This document shows positions 9,799 through 20,088 of a stretch of DNA of 64,000 bases, piece after piece. Both the position numbers and the translations under genes were made by a program. Numbering within the stretch: position 1 is the stretch's first letter; the number at the start of each line of letters is the position of its first letter. The notes beneath the pieces were generated by a model that did no database searches, was not told the DNA's origin, and saw only the letters and a list, made by a program, of their open reading frames with translations. The stretch comes from Candidatus Eiseniibacteriota bacterium (GTDB lineage: Bacteria; Eisenbacteria; RBG-16-71-46; CAVPCR01), in assembly GCA_963702435.1 (NCBI GenBank), contig CAVPCR010000002.1, positions 1 to 64,000 on the forward strand. Direction: 5' to 3'.

Positions 9799-10895
9799 GA
9801 CGTGAACGCCATTCTTGCTGGTCCCTTGAGCCCGCTCAGCCGCTCGCGGGCGCCGCTCAGATAGACGTCGAAGAGCGCGCGAGAGAATCCTCCGCCCGGG
9901 GCTCGCCAGCGCTCGGTGGATTCGCAGAACCGCGGCAGCGCAAAGAGGTCGTCCCCCGGGCGGACGAGCCCGAGCGTCACCGAGAAGGCCGCCCGGAATC
10001 CCGACTCGCGCACCGCCGCCTTCACGTCGTCCGTGAAATCATTGGCCGGGTTGCCGAAGGGGTAGGCGAAGAGATCCACGCTTCGCCCCAGGGTCCGCTC
10101 GATGATCGCCTTGGATTCCACGATCTCGCGGCGCGCCTCGGCGAGCGGGAGCCGCTTCAGGTTGCGATGGGTCACCGTGTGCGCACCCATGGTGATGAGT
10201 CCGCTCGCCACCATCGCCTGCGCCTCGCTCCAGCTCATGAGGCGATCCTCCTCGTTCGCCGCCGGGTCGACGCCCAGATCGGTCGCGATCCGGTCCACCA
10301 CGGCCTCGACGTCGGCCTCCGGCCGTCCCTTGATCGCGAGGTGCAGCGCCTCGGCGTTCCCGGTCGCGACCGCCGACTCCGGCAGCCCATGCTTCTCGAC
10401 CAGGAGCAGAGCCACCGCCGGCGACGGCAGGGACGTCGCCCGCAGGAGGTAGCTCAGCTGGTCCCACCACATGAGGTGGGCCGTACCGATGTAGCCCGCG
10501 GTGAGGAAGATCGTGGCCGGACAGGACAGGGCCGCGAGCACGGGAAAGGCCTGCGTGAAGTTGTCCCGATAGCCATCATCGAAGGTCACCGCCACCGCGC
10601 GCGGGGGGAGCGGCCGCCGTCGGGCGAGCGCGTCGACCATCTCATCGAGGGGCAGCACCCGGTAGCGGCGCGTCAGGTGCTCGATCTGGGCGGCGAAGTG
10701 GCGCCGGTGGAAGGGCCCGCTTGCAGAGCCGTCGGGCCGCACGCGGTGGTACATGAGGATCGCCCCGCTGCCACCGTGACGCGCCAGGAGAGGACCCAGG
10801 CGGCGGTCGAGACCTGAGTAGTGGAGCCCCACGCAGACTCCCCACTCAGCCAGGTGGTAGAGGCTCGACCGGTCGTAGGAATTGGCCTGATACAT
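9795..10895 (-). CDS. Polysaccharide deacetylase (CE4/NodB)
   Basis: ILMYHRV, VTFDDGYRDN, GAHTVTH, FAYPFG. Confidence 0.9.
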   Translation of the reverse strand: MYQANSYDRSSLYHLAEWGVCVGLHYSGLDRRLGPLLARHGGSGAILMYHRVRPDGSASGPFHRRHFAAQIEHLTRRYRVLPLDEMVDALARRRPLPPRAVAVTFDDGYRDNFTQAFPVLAALSCPATIFLTAGYIGTAHLMWWDQLSYLLRATSLPSPAVALLLVEKHGLPESAVATGNAEALHLAIKGRPEADVEAVVDRIATDLGVDPAANEEDRLMSWSEAQAMVASGLITMGAHTVTHRNLKRLPLAEARREIVESKAIIERTLGRSVDLFAYPFGNPANDFTDDVKAAVRESGFRAAFSVTLGLVRPGDDLFALPRFCESTERWRAPGGGFSRALFDVYLSGARERLSGLKGPARMAFTS

Positions 10896-10991
10896 GGACC
10901 TCTGACCTCCGGTCCGCGCCCCGGGCGCGCCATGGCGGAGCTCGATGCCGTCGTCTCCCGACCGGCGCGAGGACGTTCCCGGCGCCCGAAC

Positions 10992-11801
10992 CTACCGCAC
11001 GGCATCGCTCGCCGGGAAGCCCGACTCCGGCCGGGCCGCCGGCCGCCCGGGCTTCCGCGCCAGGCAGAGCGCGGAGACTCCGATCGGGAGCGCCGCGCCG
11101 GGCCGCGCGAGGAAGCGCGCCTCCGCCGCGAGGCAGCCGTGGAGAAGCTCCTCGATCCAGCCGAGCGCCGGCGGGAGCGGGCGCACGTCAGAGCCCTTCG
11201 CCCCCTCGCCCGGGAGGATCCGCCGGGCGAGCCGCACGAGAGCGATGGGCGGAAAGAGCAGCGCGTTGGCGTAGGTGGCGCGCTCGACCTCAAGCCCCTG
11301 CGCCGCGAGCTTCGCGGTCAGGGCGGAGACCGTCGTCCGCCGCGCCGTGTGCATGGCTCGATCGTGGCGGCTCCGCAGGAGCTCGAGCGCGGGGAGGCGG
11401 AGGAGCACGTGCCCGCCGGGAGCGAGGATGCGCGCGATCTCGGTGAAGCCGGGGCGATCGTCGGGGAGCTCGTCGAGGACCTCGAAGCTCGTGACGAGAT
11501 CGAAGCTCGCATCGGGAAACGGCAGCTCCGCTGCCGAGCCGCGGACGAGGAGCGTCGCGCCGCGGTCCCGGGCGAAGGCGAGCCCCTCGCCGGCGTAGTC
11601 GAGGCCGACCACCGGCCTCCCGGCCCACTCGGCGAGCCAGCCCAGCATGTACCCGGTGCCGCAGCCGACATCGGCCACCCGCGCCCCGCGGAGCGCCGGC
11701 CGGAGCGGAGCGAGGAGTGCGGCAGCGATTTCACGCATGCCGCGGAACCACCAGAAGCTCTCCTCGAGCTCGTAGAGGTAACGGAACTCCTCGTCACGCA
11801 T
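10992..11801 (-). CDS. Class I SAM-dependent methyltransferase
   Basis: EESFWWFRGMR, ADVGCGTG, LPFPDASFDLV. Confidence 0.9.
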   Translation of the reverse strand: MRDEEFRYLYELEESFWWFRGMREIAAALLAPLRPALRGARVADVGCGTGYMLGWLAEWAGRPVVGLDYAGEGLAFARDRGATLLVRGSAAELPFPDASFDLVTSFEVLDELPDDRPGFTEIARILAPGGHVLLRLPALELLRSRHDRAMHTARRTTVSALTAKLAAQGLEVERATYANALLFPPIALVRLARRILPGEGAKGSDVRPLPPALGWIEELLHGCLAAEARFLARPGAALPIGVSALCLARKPGRPAARPESGFPASDAVR

Positions 11802-11820
11802 CGCCGTCGGTTCCCGCGCC

Positions 11821-12993
11821 TCAGTGGGAAAAGCTGCGGAGCGCCGCGATCGCCCGATCGACCTGGTCGTCGGGAAGGCCTGGATAGAGCGGCAGCGACA
11901 GGATCGATTGCACGACCGACTCCGCCGCCGGCAGCGGACCGCGCGCGTACGGCGCGAAGGCCGGTTGCCGGTGCAGCGGATGCGGATAGTGGATGAGCGT
12001 CTGCACACCCGCACGCTCGAGATGGGCGCGCAGCGCATCCCGCGCCGCCGAGCGCACGACGAACAGATGGTAGACATGGCGCCCGGCCCCGAGCGGCGCC
12101 GGAAGCCCGAGCGGCGTGCCGGCGAGCCCCGCCAGGTAGCGCGCGGCGATCCGCTGCCGCTCGGCGGTCGCGGCCGCGAGCCGGGCGAGCTTGACCCGGA
12201 GCACGGCGGCCTGGATCTCGTCGAGGCGCGAGTTGATGCCGACCACCTCGTGCAGATACGTGCGCGCCTGGCCGCCGAAGCGGAGGACGCGGGCCCGGGC
12301 GAGGAGATCCTCGTCGTCGGAGACGATCGCCCCGCCGTCGCCGAGCCCGCCCAGGTTCTTGGTCGGGTAGAAGCTGTGCGCTCCGGCGCGCCCCAGCGCA
12401 CCCGCGCGCTTCGGCCCGGCGGCCGGGTGCGCCGCCGCGGTCCGCGCGCCGTACTCGGCCCCGTGCGCCTGGCAGGCATCCTCGATCACGGTGAGGCCGC
12501 GCGCCGCGGCGAGCGCGAGGAGATCGGACATCTCGGCGGTCTGGCCGTAGAGATGCACGGGCAGGAGCACGCGCGTGCGCGGCGTGAGCGCGCGCTCGAC
12601 CGACTCGGCGGTCACGAGCACGGTCTCCGGATCGACATCGGCGAAGACAGGCACGGCACCCGCCGCGAGGATGGCGAGCGCGGTATAGCCGGCGGTGATC
12701 GGGCTCGTCACCACCTCGTCGCCGCGCCCGGGCGTGACCGCCCCCGAGGCAAGGAGCGCGAGCGCGAGCGCGTCGGTCCCGTTGGCGACGCCGACCGCGC
12801 CGCGCGCCCCCGAGTAGGCTGCCCATTCGCGCTCGAACGCCTCCACCTCCGGGCCCAGGATGTAGCGACCGCTCGCCGCGACGCGCGCCATCGCCGCGTC
12901 GATCGCGCTCCCGAACGGAGCATGCATGCGCGCGAAATCGAGGAACGGCACGCGCGGCGGCGAGGATGGTGCCATGCCAGGGGATTGCGTCAT
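11821..12993 (-). CDS. DegT/DnrJ/EryC1/StrS PLP aminotransferase
   Basis: VPFLDF, YILGPEVEAFE, NGTDAL, IEDACQAHGA, SFYPTKNLGGLGDGG. Confidence 0.95.
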   Translation of the reverse strand: MTQSPGMAPSSPPRVPFLDFARMHAPFGSAIDAAMARVAASGRYILGPEVEAFEREWAAYSGARGAVGVANGTDALALALLASGAVTPGRGDEVVTSPITAGYTALAILAAGAVPVFADVDPETVLVTAESVERALTPRTRVLLPVHLYGQTAEMSDLLALAAARGLTVIEDACQAHGAEYGARTAAAHPAAGPKRAGALGRAGAHSFYPTKNLGGLGDGGAIVSDDEDLLARARVLRFGGQARTYLHEVVGINSRLDEIQAAVLRVKLARLAAATAERQRIAARYLAGLAGTPLGLPAPLGAGRHVYHLFVVRSAARDALRAHLERAGVQTLIHYPHPLHRQPAFAPYARGPLPAAESVVQSILSLPLYPGLPDDQVDRAIAALRSFSH

Positions 12994-13006
12994 CGGACAA
13001 CTCCTC

Positions 13007-14194
13007 TCACAGGGTGATTCCTCCGCGGACGCACCCCCCGAGCCAGGTGGCCAGGGGCACCGGGAGCTTCCGCCAGAGCCGCTCGGCCTGCTCGCGCCGG
13101 CCGCCCTCCGCTCGCGGCGCCGCCGCGAGCACCGGGGGCTCCGCGCCGGGCGCGAGCAGATCGGGAGGCGCGAGCGCATCCACCTCCTGCCAGTAGAGCC
13201 GCGCATCCACGGCGCCCCATTGCCGCTTGAAGTGATAGGTGCCCGATCCGATCGACGAGCGTCCGAAATCGAACAGGCGGACCCCGGCGAGCGCGGCGTC
13301 CCGGAGGACCGTCCAGTAGAGGAGGTTGTTCGGACAGAGGGCGAAGTAGCGGCGATCGGACGACGCCCAGGGCACGACCACCGTGTCACCGCAGCGCACC
13401 GCGATGAGGCCGCCGATCACCTCGCGCTCGCGCCGGACGAGATAGCAGGACGCCCGCTCGCCGAGATGGGTCATGAGGGACTCGAACCACAGCCGGCGAT
13501 GCGCGGGCGAGCCCAGGTCCCGCATGTTCGCGCACCAGACGCGATAGAAGTCAGGGACCCCGGCGCGGCCCGTGCGCTCGACCGCGAGACCCGCCTTCTC
13601 CGCCTTGCGCACCTGGTTCCGCGTCTTCGAGCCGATCGCCTGCCATAGACCCTCGACGCCGCTCGCGATGCCGGCCGCGCCGTCCACTCCGCTCCGCGAG
13701 CCGCCCCCCGACGCCGACGCGCCGGTCAGATCGAGCACGAGCGTCACCTTGTCCGCGCGCGCCGGCGCGCCGAGCCGTGGCGGGGCAGCGTGGCGCAGGT
13801 CGAGCCGGCGGATGCCGAGCCCGAACGCGAGCTCGGCAGCCGCCGTGATGAGACCGCTCCAGGCGGCGGCGCGCCGGGCGACGATGCCGCCCGTGTCGAG
13901 ATAGGGAAGCGAGGTGAGGCTCTTCCCGAACAGGCGGCTGCGCACCTCGGTGAGCGGGAGGATGCCGGCGATCCCGCTCTCGTCGCGCGCGACGAGATGG
14001 TGCGTGGGGTGGCCGTAGGACTCCGCGATCGCGGGTGCCCACTCCCACAGATGGGCGGCCGTTGCCAGCGGCTCCGCGAGGACGAATGCGTTCCACGCGG
14101 CGGCATCCTCTTCGATCCGCACCGTGAGCGGGGCGGCGGCGCGTTGCAGCTCGCTCATCGGATCGGTAGCGGGGCGTTCCGCGGGCGCCGGCAT
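13007..14194 (-). CDS. FemAB-related protein (type found in PEP-CTERM/XrtA EPS loci)
   Basis: GILPLTEVRSRLFGKSLTSLPYLDTGG, TRNQVRKAEK, NMRDLGSP, PNNLLYW, FDFGRSSIGSGTYHFKRQWGA. Confidence 0.88.
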   Translation of the reverse strand: MPAPAERPATDPMSELQRAAAPLTVRIEEDAAAWNAFVLAEPLATAAHLWEWAPAIAESYGHPTHHLVARDESGIAGILPLTEVRSRLFGKSLTSLPYLDTGGIVARRAAAWSGLITAAAELAFGLGIRRLDLRHAAPPRLGAPARADKVTLVLDLTGASASGGGSRSGVDGAAGIASGVEGLWQAIGSKTRNQVRKAEKAGLAVERTGRAGVPDFYRVWCANMRDLGSPAHRRLWFESLMTHLGERASCYLVRREREVIGGLIAVRCGDTVVVPWASSDRRYFALCPNNLLYWTVLRDAALAGVRLFDFGRSSIGSGTYHFKRQWGAVDARLYWQEVDALAPPDLLAPGAEPPVLAAAPRAEGGRREQAERLWRKLPVPLATWLGGCVRGGITL

Positions 14195-14201
14195 GGGATG
14201 G

Positions 14202-14957
14202 TCACGATCCCGCGCCCGGCCGCCGCGCCACGACGAGGAGGCCGTTGCCCTCGCGCCCGCCGCCCAGCCGGTAGTCGAGCTCGCAGAGAGCGGCCAGCAG
14301 CGGCGACATCGCGACATGGGTGAGCTCGCGGACTCGCGACGGGCGGCCGCGGCGAAAGAGCTGCGCCAGCTCCCAGGCGAGTTCCCCGGCCGGGCCGAAG
14401 GTCCGCCCGATCGCCACGTCGGCGAGGCCGGCGGCTCGAAGGCGGTCCGCGAGCTCGGACGGCTCGTACCCGTCGCGCACGTGGTCGTCCTGGTGGTGAT
14501 CGTCGAGGGCGGCGAAGAAACGACGGGGGTGGGCCCGCGGGACATGGATGAGGGCGATGCCGCCCGGGCGCAGCGCGGCCGCAATCGAGCGCATCGCCGC
14601 TCCGTCGTCCGGCACGTGCTCGAGCACGTCGACCGAGTAGATGAGGTCGTACTCGCCCGGCCGCCCGATCGCGGTGAGGTCCCCCACGGTGAAGCGCACG
14701 TTCCGGAGCCCCCGGGCCGCTGCCTCTGCCTCGCTCTGGGTCACCTTCTCGGAAGCGAGCTCGATGCCGTCGACCTGCATCTCGGGGTGTCCGGTGGCGA
14801 CGGCGATGGCGAGACGGCCGCCCCCCGACCCTGCATCGAGCACGCGGGCGGCCGGCCGGGCATGACGCCCGACCGCCGCCAGGAGATGGCGGTTCCGGAC
14901 GCGTTGCCCGACATGGAAGAGCGCTCCCTGATATAGATTACGAAGGTAGATCAACAA
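14202..14957 (-). CDS. Class I SAM-dependent methyltransferase
   Basis: VLDAGSGGG, YDLIYSVDVLEHVPDD, LRPGG, HVRDGY. Confidence 0.88.
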   Translation of the reverse strand: MLIYLRNLYQGALFHVGQRVRNRHLLAAVGRHARPAARVLDAGSGGGRLAIAVATGHPEMQVDGIELASEKVTQSEAEAAARGLRNVRFTVGDLTAIGRPGEYDLIYSVDVLEHVPDDGAAMRSIAAALRPGGIALIHVPRAHPRRFFAALDDHHQDDHVRDGYEPSELADRLRAAGLADVAIGRTFGPAGELAWELAQLFRRGRPSRVRELTHVAMSPLLAALCELDYRLGGGREGNGLLVVARRPGAGS

Positions 14958-15327
14958 GGAACTGGAAGTCTCCTCGCTTCGAATCGGCTCGTGAGCCGGG
15001 ATAGGTTAGCAGGAGCACGCCTCAGACTCCACGCCGCGTTGGCGGAAGATCGGGGCTCCCGGGCCGATAAATGGGACAAGTCCGGCGCGATCCGCTATCC
15101 ATGGAGCCGGCGGAGTCCGCGATCAGCGGAATCCGCGGTCACCGGGGGAGTCCTTGAGCCCCGCGCTCCGGCGGGATAGGCTCCTCCCCGCGTCACCTCC
15201 CGGTCGGGCGCCGCGGCGCGGCGCCGCCGGCCGGCCTCGTGCTGCACCAGAACCCCATGATCTCCACCCGACCCTACACCGGCAGCGAACCAGCGGCTGC
15301 GTGGCCTGCGCGTGCGCGGAGCGCATC

Positions 15328-16653
15328 ATGGGTCGCCTCATGACCGCCGGCGGACCCGCGGCGGTGCCGGCCGCGGGCGGCACCGCGGAGCGCTTCCTCC
15401 TCGGCTTCGGGCCCGAGGCCGTGCCCCCTCCCGGCCGACCGCTGACCCCGCCGGTCGGCTTCCCCCTCGCGCTCGACGATCTGCTGTCCGCCGCGGAGGC
15501 CGATCCCGCCTGCGCCCGCCGCGCCTTCGAGGCGGGCTGCGCCGCGGCCCTCGGCGTGAGCTTTGCGCTGCCCATGGACTCGGGCCGCGCCGCCCTCGCC
15601 CTCGCCCTCGCGGCGCTGCACCGGGCCCGGCCCGACCGGAACGAGGTGCTCCTGCCGGCCTTCACCTGCTTCACACTCCCGGCGGCCGTCGTCCGCGCGG
15701 GCCTCCGCGTGCGCCTCGTGGACCTCCTGCCGGGGAGCCTGGCACCCGATCCGGAGCAGATCGCCGCAGCGGCCGGCCCGCGCACGCTCGCCGTCATCGC
15801 CCCGCATCTGGTCGGTCTCCCGCTCGATCTCGCCCCGCTCCGCCGCGCCGCCGCCGCGGCGGGCGCGCTGGTGGTGGACGATGCGGCGCAGGCCCTCGGC
15901 GCGCGGCGGGCCGGCGTGCCGGCCGGAACGGCCGGGGACCTGGGGATCCTGAGCTTCGGCCGGGGCAAGCCCGTGAGCGCCCTCGGCGGCGGAGCGGTTA
16001 TTTGCGCGGACCCGCAGATATCGGCGCTGGTCGCGGATGCCGCCCGGACCCTGGCCGCGCCGCCGCGCGGAGCGGCGCTCCGGCATGCGGCCGCGGCCGC
16101 GCTCTACACGCCGGTCCTGTCTCCGCGCCTCTACTGGCTCCCGGCGCGGCTCCGCTTCCTGAAACTCGGCCTCACCGAGTACGACCCGGGGTTCGCCCTC
16201 GAGCCGCTCGACGCTTTCCGCACGAGTCTCGCCGCACGCGGCCTCGAGCGCCTCGCCCTGGTCAACGAGGCCCGCCGGCGGACCGCCGAGCGCCTGACGC
16301 GGGCGCTGGCGGACATCCCCGGGCTCGAGCTCTTCCCGGTCCCGGCGGACGTCCATGCCATCTACCTCCGCTTCCCGCTCCTCCTCCCGTCCGCGGCCGA
16401 CCGCGATCGGGCGCACGCGGCGCTGCGCGCCGCCGGCATCGGCTCGAGCCGGCTCTATCCGGCCCCGCTCACCGCCATCCCCCAGCTCGCGCGGCACTCC
16501 CCGGACGCCGGAAGAGACTTCCCGGCGGCGACGCGGCTCGCCGCCACGCTTCTCTGTCTGCCCACGTACCCGCACATGGGCGAGCGCGAGGTGGCGACTG
16601 CCGCCGCCGTCCTGCGCCGCGTGCGCGCGGGGCGCGAGGCCCGCCCGTCATGA
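15328..16653 (+). CDS. DegT/DnrJ-family aminotransferase (divergent)
   Basis: DSGRAAL, EVLLPAFTC, VVDDAAQALGA, ILSFGRGKP, LLCLPTYP. Confidence 0.85.
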   Translation: MGRLMTAGGPAAVPAAGGTAERFLLGFGPEAVPPPGRPLTPPVGFPLALDDLLSAAEADPACARRAFEAGCAAALGVSFALPMDSGRAALALALAALHRARPDRNEVLLPAFTCFTLPAAVVRAGLRVRLVDLLPGSLAPDPEQIAAAAGPRTLAVIAPHLVGLPLDLAPLRRAAAAAGALVVDDAAQALGARRAGVPAGTAGDLGILSFGRGKPVSALGGGAVICADPQISALVADAARTLAAPPRGAALRHAAAAALYTPVLSPRLYWLPARLRFLKLGLTEYDPGFALEPLDAFRTSLAARGLERLALVNEARRRTAERLTRALADIPGLELFPVPADVHAIYLRFPLLLPSAADRDRAHAALRAAGIGSSRLYPAPLTAIPQLARHSPDAGRDFPAATRLAATLLCLPTYPHMGEREVATAAAVLRRVRAGREARPS

Positions 16654-17726
16654 TCGCGACCCTGGCCCGGGGCTTGAAGCAGATCCTCGCCGCCATCCTC
16701 TACCGGAGCGGGCTCCTCGGCCTCTGGTGGCGGAGCCAGGGGCGGCAACTGCGGAGCGGACCGCTCATCGTCACCTACCATCGAGTGCTGCCGGCGGCGG
16801 CCGCCGGCGATCTGTCGCAGGCGGGCATCGTCGTCTCGACGAGCACCTTCGCCCGGCAGCTCCGGCTCCTCGCGCGGCACTTCCGCATCGTGCCGCTGGC
16901 CGAGGCGGCCCGCTCGCGCGATCCGCACCTGTGCGCCATCACCTTCGACGACGGCTGGGCCGACAACCACACGCACGCGCTCCCGGCGCTCGCGGCCGCG
17001 CAGGCGCCGGCCACCCTGTTCGTGGTCACCGATCTCGTCGGCACCGGCCGGCTCTTCTGGCCCGAGCGGCTCACGCATCTCCTCGCCGGACCGGAGCGCG
17101 AGCGGCTGCCCGCGGGCGCCCTCGACGGCCTGCCCGCCCCGGTGCATGCAGCGCTTGTCAGCGCGGCGCGGGCGCCCGCGCCGGCGCTCGCCGCGGCCGT
17201 GGATCACCTGATCGAGGCCGCCAAGGAGATGGGGGAGGAGGAGCGCGAGGACATGCTCGCGCTCATCGCGCGCCTCACCGGCCGCTCGACGGACGGGCTC
17301 CCGGCGCGGCTGCTCGACTGGGACCGCGTGCGGGCGATGGCCGCCGCCGGGATCGAGATCGGCGCGCACGGCGCCACCCATGCCATCCTGACCCGGATAG
17401 AATTTTCGCGGGCCGTCGCAGAGATCCGCGGCACCCGGGAGCGGCTCGCCGCCGAGCTCGGCCGGCCGCCGGCGGGCTTCGCCTACCCGAACGGGAATGC
17501 GAGCCCGGAACTCGCCCGCGCCGTCCGCGAGGCGGGATACGCGCTCGCGGTCGTCACCGACGAGGCGGCCGATCCGGGCTGCCCGCCCGGCTTCGCGATC
17601 CGGCGGAAGAACCTGGCCGAGGGCAGTTCGCGCGGGCTCACCGGCTTCTCCGCCGCCATCTTCGCCTGCGAGATCCTCGGCTTCTTCGACGGGCTCCGCC
17701 GCCCGGGCCGGCGGAGCGCCCGCTGA
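16650..17726 (+). CDS. Polysaccharide deacetylase (CE4)
   Basis: IVTYHRV, ITFDDGWADN, IGAHGATH, FAYPNG. Confidence 0.9.
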   Translation: MIATLARGLKQILAAILYRSGLLGLWWRSQGRQLRSGPLIVTYHRVLPAAAAGDLSQAGIVVSTSTFARQLRLLARHFRIVPLAEAARSRDPHLCAITFDDGWADNHTHALPALAAAQAPATLFVVTDLVGTGRLFWPERLTHLLAGPERERLPAGALDGLPAPVHAALVSAARAPAPALAAAVDHLIEAAKEMGEEEREDMLALIARLTGRSTDGLPARLLDWDRVRAMAAAGIEIGAHGATHAILTRIEFSRAVAEIRGTRERLAAELGRPPAGFAYPNGNASPELARAVREAGYALAVVTDEAADPGCPPGFAIRRKNLAEGSSRGLTGFSAAIFACEILGFFDGLRRPGRRSAR

Positions 17727-18943
17727 TGCGCCGGCCCTCCCTCCCGGCGCTCGTGCTCGACGGCGACGAGCGCTCCGCCCTCGCCGTGACGAGGAGCCTC
17801 GGCCGCCACGACGTGCACGTCACCGTGGCGGCGCCGGGCCCGCACTCGCTCGCCGGCGCCTCGCGCCACGCCGCGCGGCGTCTCGTGCTGCCCGCCGCGC
17901 TCAGCGATCCCGACGCCCTCGCCGCCGCGCTCGTCGCCGAGGCTGCGCGCGAGCCCGAGCAGGTCTGGTTCCCGCTCTCCGATGCGAGCCTCTCCGTGGT
18001 GGACGGCGTGCGCGCGCGTCTGGGCACGGTCCGCCTGCCGGTGTCGAGCGGCGAGTCGCTGGCGCTGGCCTGGGACAAGGGCCGCCTTCTCGCCGCGGCC
18101 GCCGCGGCCGGAGTCGAGGTCCCGCGCACCTGGATGCCGGAGAACGCCGACGAGGTGCGGGCGCTCGCCGCCGAGCTCCCGTACCCGGTGGTCCTCAAGC
18201 CGCGGCGGTCGCGGCTGCGCACCGCGAACGGCTTTGTCACCGGCGAGGTCGCGTACGTGCATGCGGCGTCCGACCTCCTCCCGGCCTACGCGGCGCTCGC
18301 CGCGCGCATGCCGGCGCCGCTCATCCAGGAACGCGTGCCCGGCTACGGCATGGGTGTCTTCCTGCTCGCCGACCGCGGGCGCGTGCTCGCGCGCTTCGCC
18401 CACCGGCGGATCCGCGAGAAGCCCCCGTCCGGGGGCGTGAGCGTCCTCCGCGAATCGATCGCCGTTGCGCCCGCGCTCGCCGCCGCCGCCGACCGGCTCC
18501 TCGCCGCGCTCGAGTGGCACGGCGTCTGCATGATCGAGTTCAAGGTGGACGCGCGGGACGGCGTGCCCCGGCTCATGGAGATCAATCCCCGCTTCTGGGG
18601 CTCGCTCGCCCTGGCCATCGATGCGGGGGTCGACTTCCCATGGCTCCTCTACCAGCTCGCGACCGGCAGCGCTCCCGCTCCCGTCACCAGCTATCGCCTC
18701 GGCATCCGGAGCCGATGGGAGCTCGGCGATCTCGACCACCTCCTCATCCGGCTCCGCGCCCGCGATCCGCGCGATCTCCCGCCGGGGGCCCCGTCGCGCG
18801 CGCGGACGCTCGTCGACTTCCTGAACCCGCTCGCCGGACGCCCCGAGGTCTTCTGGCCGAGCGACCCCGGCCCGGCCTGGCACGAGCTCGGCCGCTACGT
18901 GCGCGCGCTGTGCGGCGGCGGGACCGCGGGAGAGACGACGTGA
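17726..18943 (+). CDS. ATP-grasp domain protein (carboxylate-amine ligase)
   Basis: ALAVTRSLGR, YPVVLKP, IQERVPG, HRRIREKPPSGGVS, LMEINPRFWGSL. Confidence 0.9.
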   Translation: MRRPSLPALVLDGDERSALAVTRSLGRHDVHVTVAAPGPHSLAGASRHAARRLVLPAALSDPDALAAALVAEAAREPEQVWFPLSDASLSVVDGVRARLGTVRLPVSSGESLALAWDKGRLLAAAAAAGVEVPRTWMPENADEVRALAAELPYPVVLKPRRSRLRTANGFVTGEVAYVHAASDLLPAYAALAARMPAPLIQERVPGYGMGVFLLADRGRVLARFAHRRIREKPPSGGVSVLRESIAVAPALAAAADRLLAALEWHGVCMIEFKVDARDGVPRLMEINPRFWGSLALAIDAGVDFPWLLYQLATGSAPAPVTSYRLGIRSRWELGDLDHLLIRLRARDPRDLPPGAPSRARTLVDFLNPLAGRPEVFWPSDPGPAWHELGRYVRALCGGGTAGETT

Positions 18944-20088
18944 AGACGGTGCCGCACGTCCTCCATCTCATCGAGACCGGGGGTCCGGGCGGAGCCGAGC
19001 GGGTCCTGACCAGCCTCTCGCTCGCGCTCGGCGCCACGGGGGAGTTCCGCTCGGCGGTCGGCCTGCTCAAGGACGGCTGGGTGGCGGCGGAGCTCCGGCG
19101 GAACGGCCAGACGCCGGTCCTCTTCCGACTCAGGCGTCCGCTCGACCCCGCGCTCCTGTGGGCGCTCGTCCGCCATCTGCGGCAGGCGAACGTCGATCTC
19201 GTGCACGCCCACGAGTTCACGATGAACGTGTACGGAGGGGTGGCGGCCGCCATCGCCGGCGTGCCTGCCGTCGGCACCGTGCACGGGCGGGGCTACTACG
19301 CGGAGGCCGGCCGCCGCATCGCGGCGCTCAAGCTCGCCGTGCGGCTCGGGCTCGTGCCGGTGGCGGTGTCGAGCGACATCCAGCGGTTCCTCGCCGACAC
19401 GCTCGGCCTCGCCGGCGTGCGTCTGATCCCCAACGGCATCGACGTCGAGCGCCCCGCGAGCGGGGACCGCGCGCGCGGCCGCGCCGCGCTCGGCCTGCCG
19501 CCCGGAGCGCCCGCGATCGGCGCGGTCGGGAACCTCTATCCGGTCAAGGGACACGCGATCCTCCTGCGTGCTGCGGCGAGCCTCCCGGTTCCCGTGCACG
19601 TCGTGATCGCCGGCCGCGGGGAGGAGGACGCGGCGCTCCGCCGGGAGGCTGCCGGGCTCGGCATCGGCGATCGCCTGCACCTCCTCGGCTTTCGCGACGA
19701 TGTCCCCGACCTCCTCGCCGCCTTCGATATCTACGCCTTGCCGTCGTTTTCCGAGGGCCAGTCCCTGGCCCTGATCGAGGCCATGGCCGCCGCGCGGCCG
19801 ATCGTGGCGACCGCGGTCGGCGGCAATCCGGAGCTCCTCGGCGCCGGCGAGCCGACCGGCCTCCTCGTGCCGCCGGGCGACCCGGCAGCGCTCGCCGCCG
19901 CCCTCGGCCGCCTGCTCGCCGATCCGGGCGGCGCCGCGCAGCTGGGCGCCGCCGCGCGGGAGCGGGCCCGGGCCGAGTTCTCGCTCGCGGTCATGCTCGG
20001 GCGCTATCGCGCCCTCTACGCGGAGCGGCTCGCCGGGCGGCGCGGCCGTCCCTCTCCACCCGCCGCCGGGCCCCGGGATGCGCCGTGA
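18940..20088 (+). CDS. Glycosyltransferase family 4
   Basis: HLIETGGPGGAE, IPNGID, GNLYPVKGH, PSFSEGQSLALIEAMAA. Confidence 0.92.
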   Translation: MKTVPHVLHLIETGGPGGAERVLTSLSLALGATGEFRSAVGLLKDGWVAAELRRNGQTPVLFRLRRPLDPALLWALVRHLRQANVDLVHAHEFTMNVYGGVAAAIAGVPAVGTVHGRGYYAEAGRRIAALKLAVRLGLVPVAVSSDIQRFLADTLGLAGVRLIPNGIDVERPASGDRARGRAALGLPPGAPAIGAVGNLYPVKGHAILLRAAASLPVPVHVVIAGRGEEDAALRREAAGLGIGDRLHLLGFRDDVPDLLAAFDIYALPSFSEGQSLALIEAMAAARPIVATAVGGNPELLGAGEPTGLLVPPGDPAALAAALGRLLADPGGAAQLGAAARERARAEFSLAVMLGRYRALYAERLAGRRGRPSPPAAGPRDAP

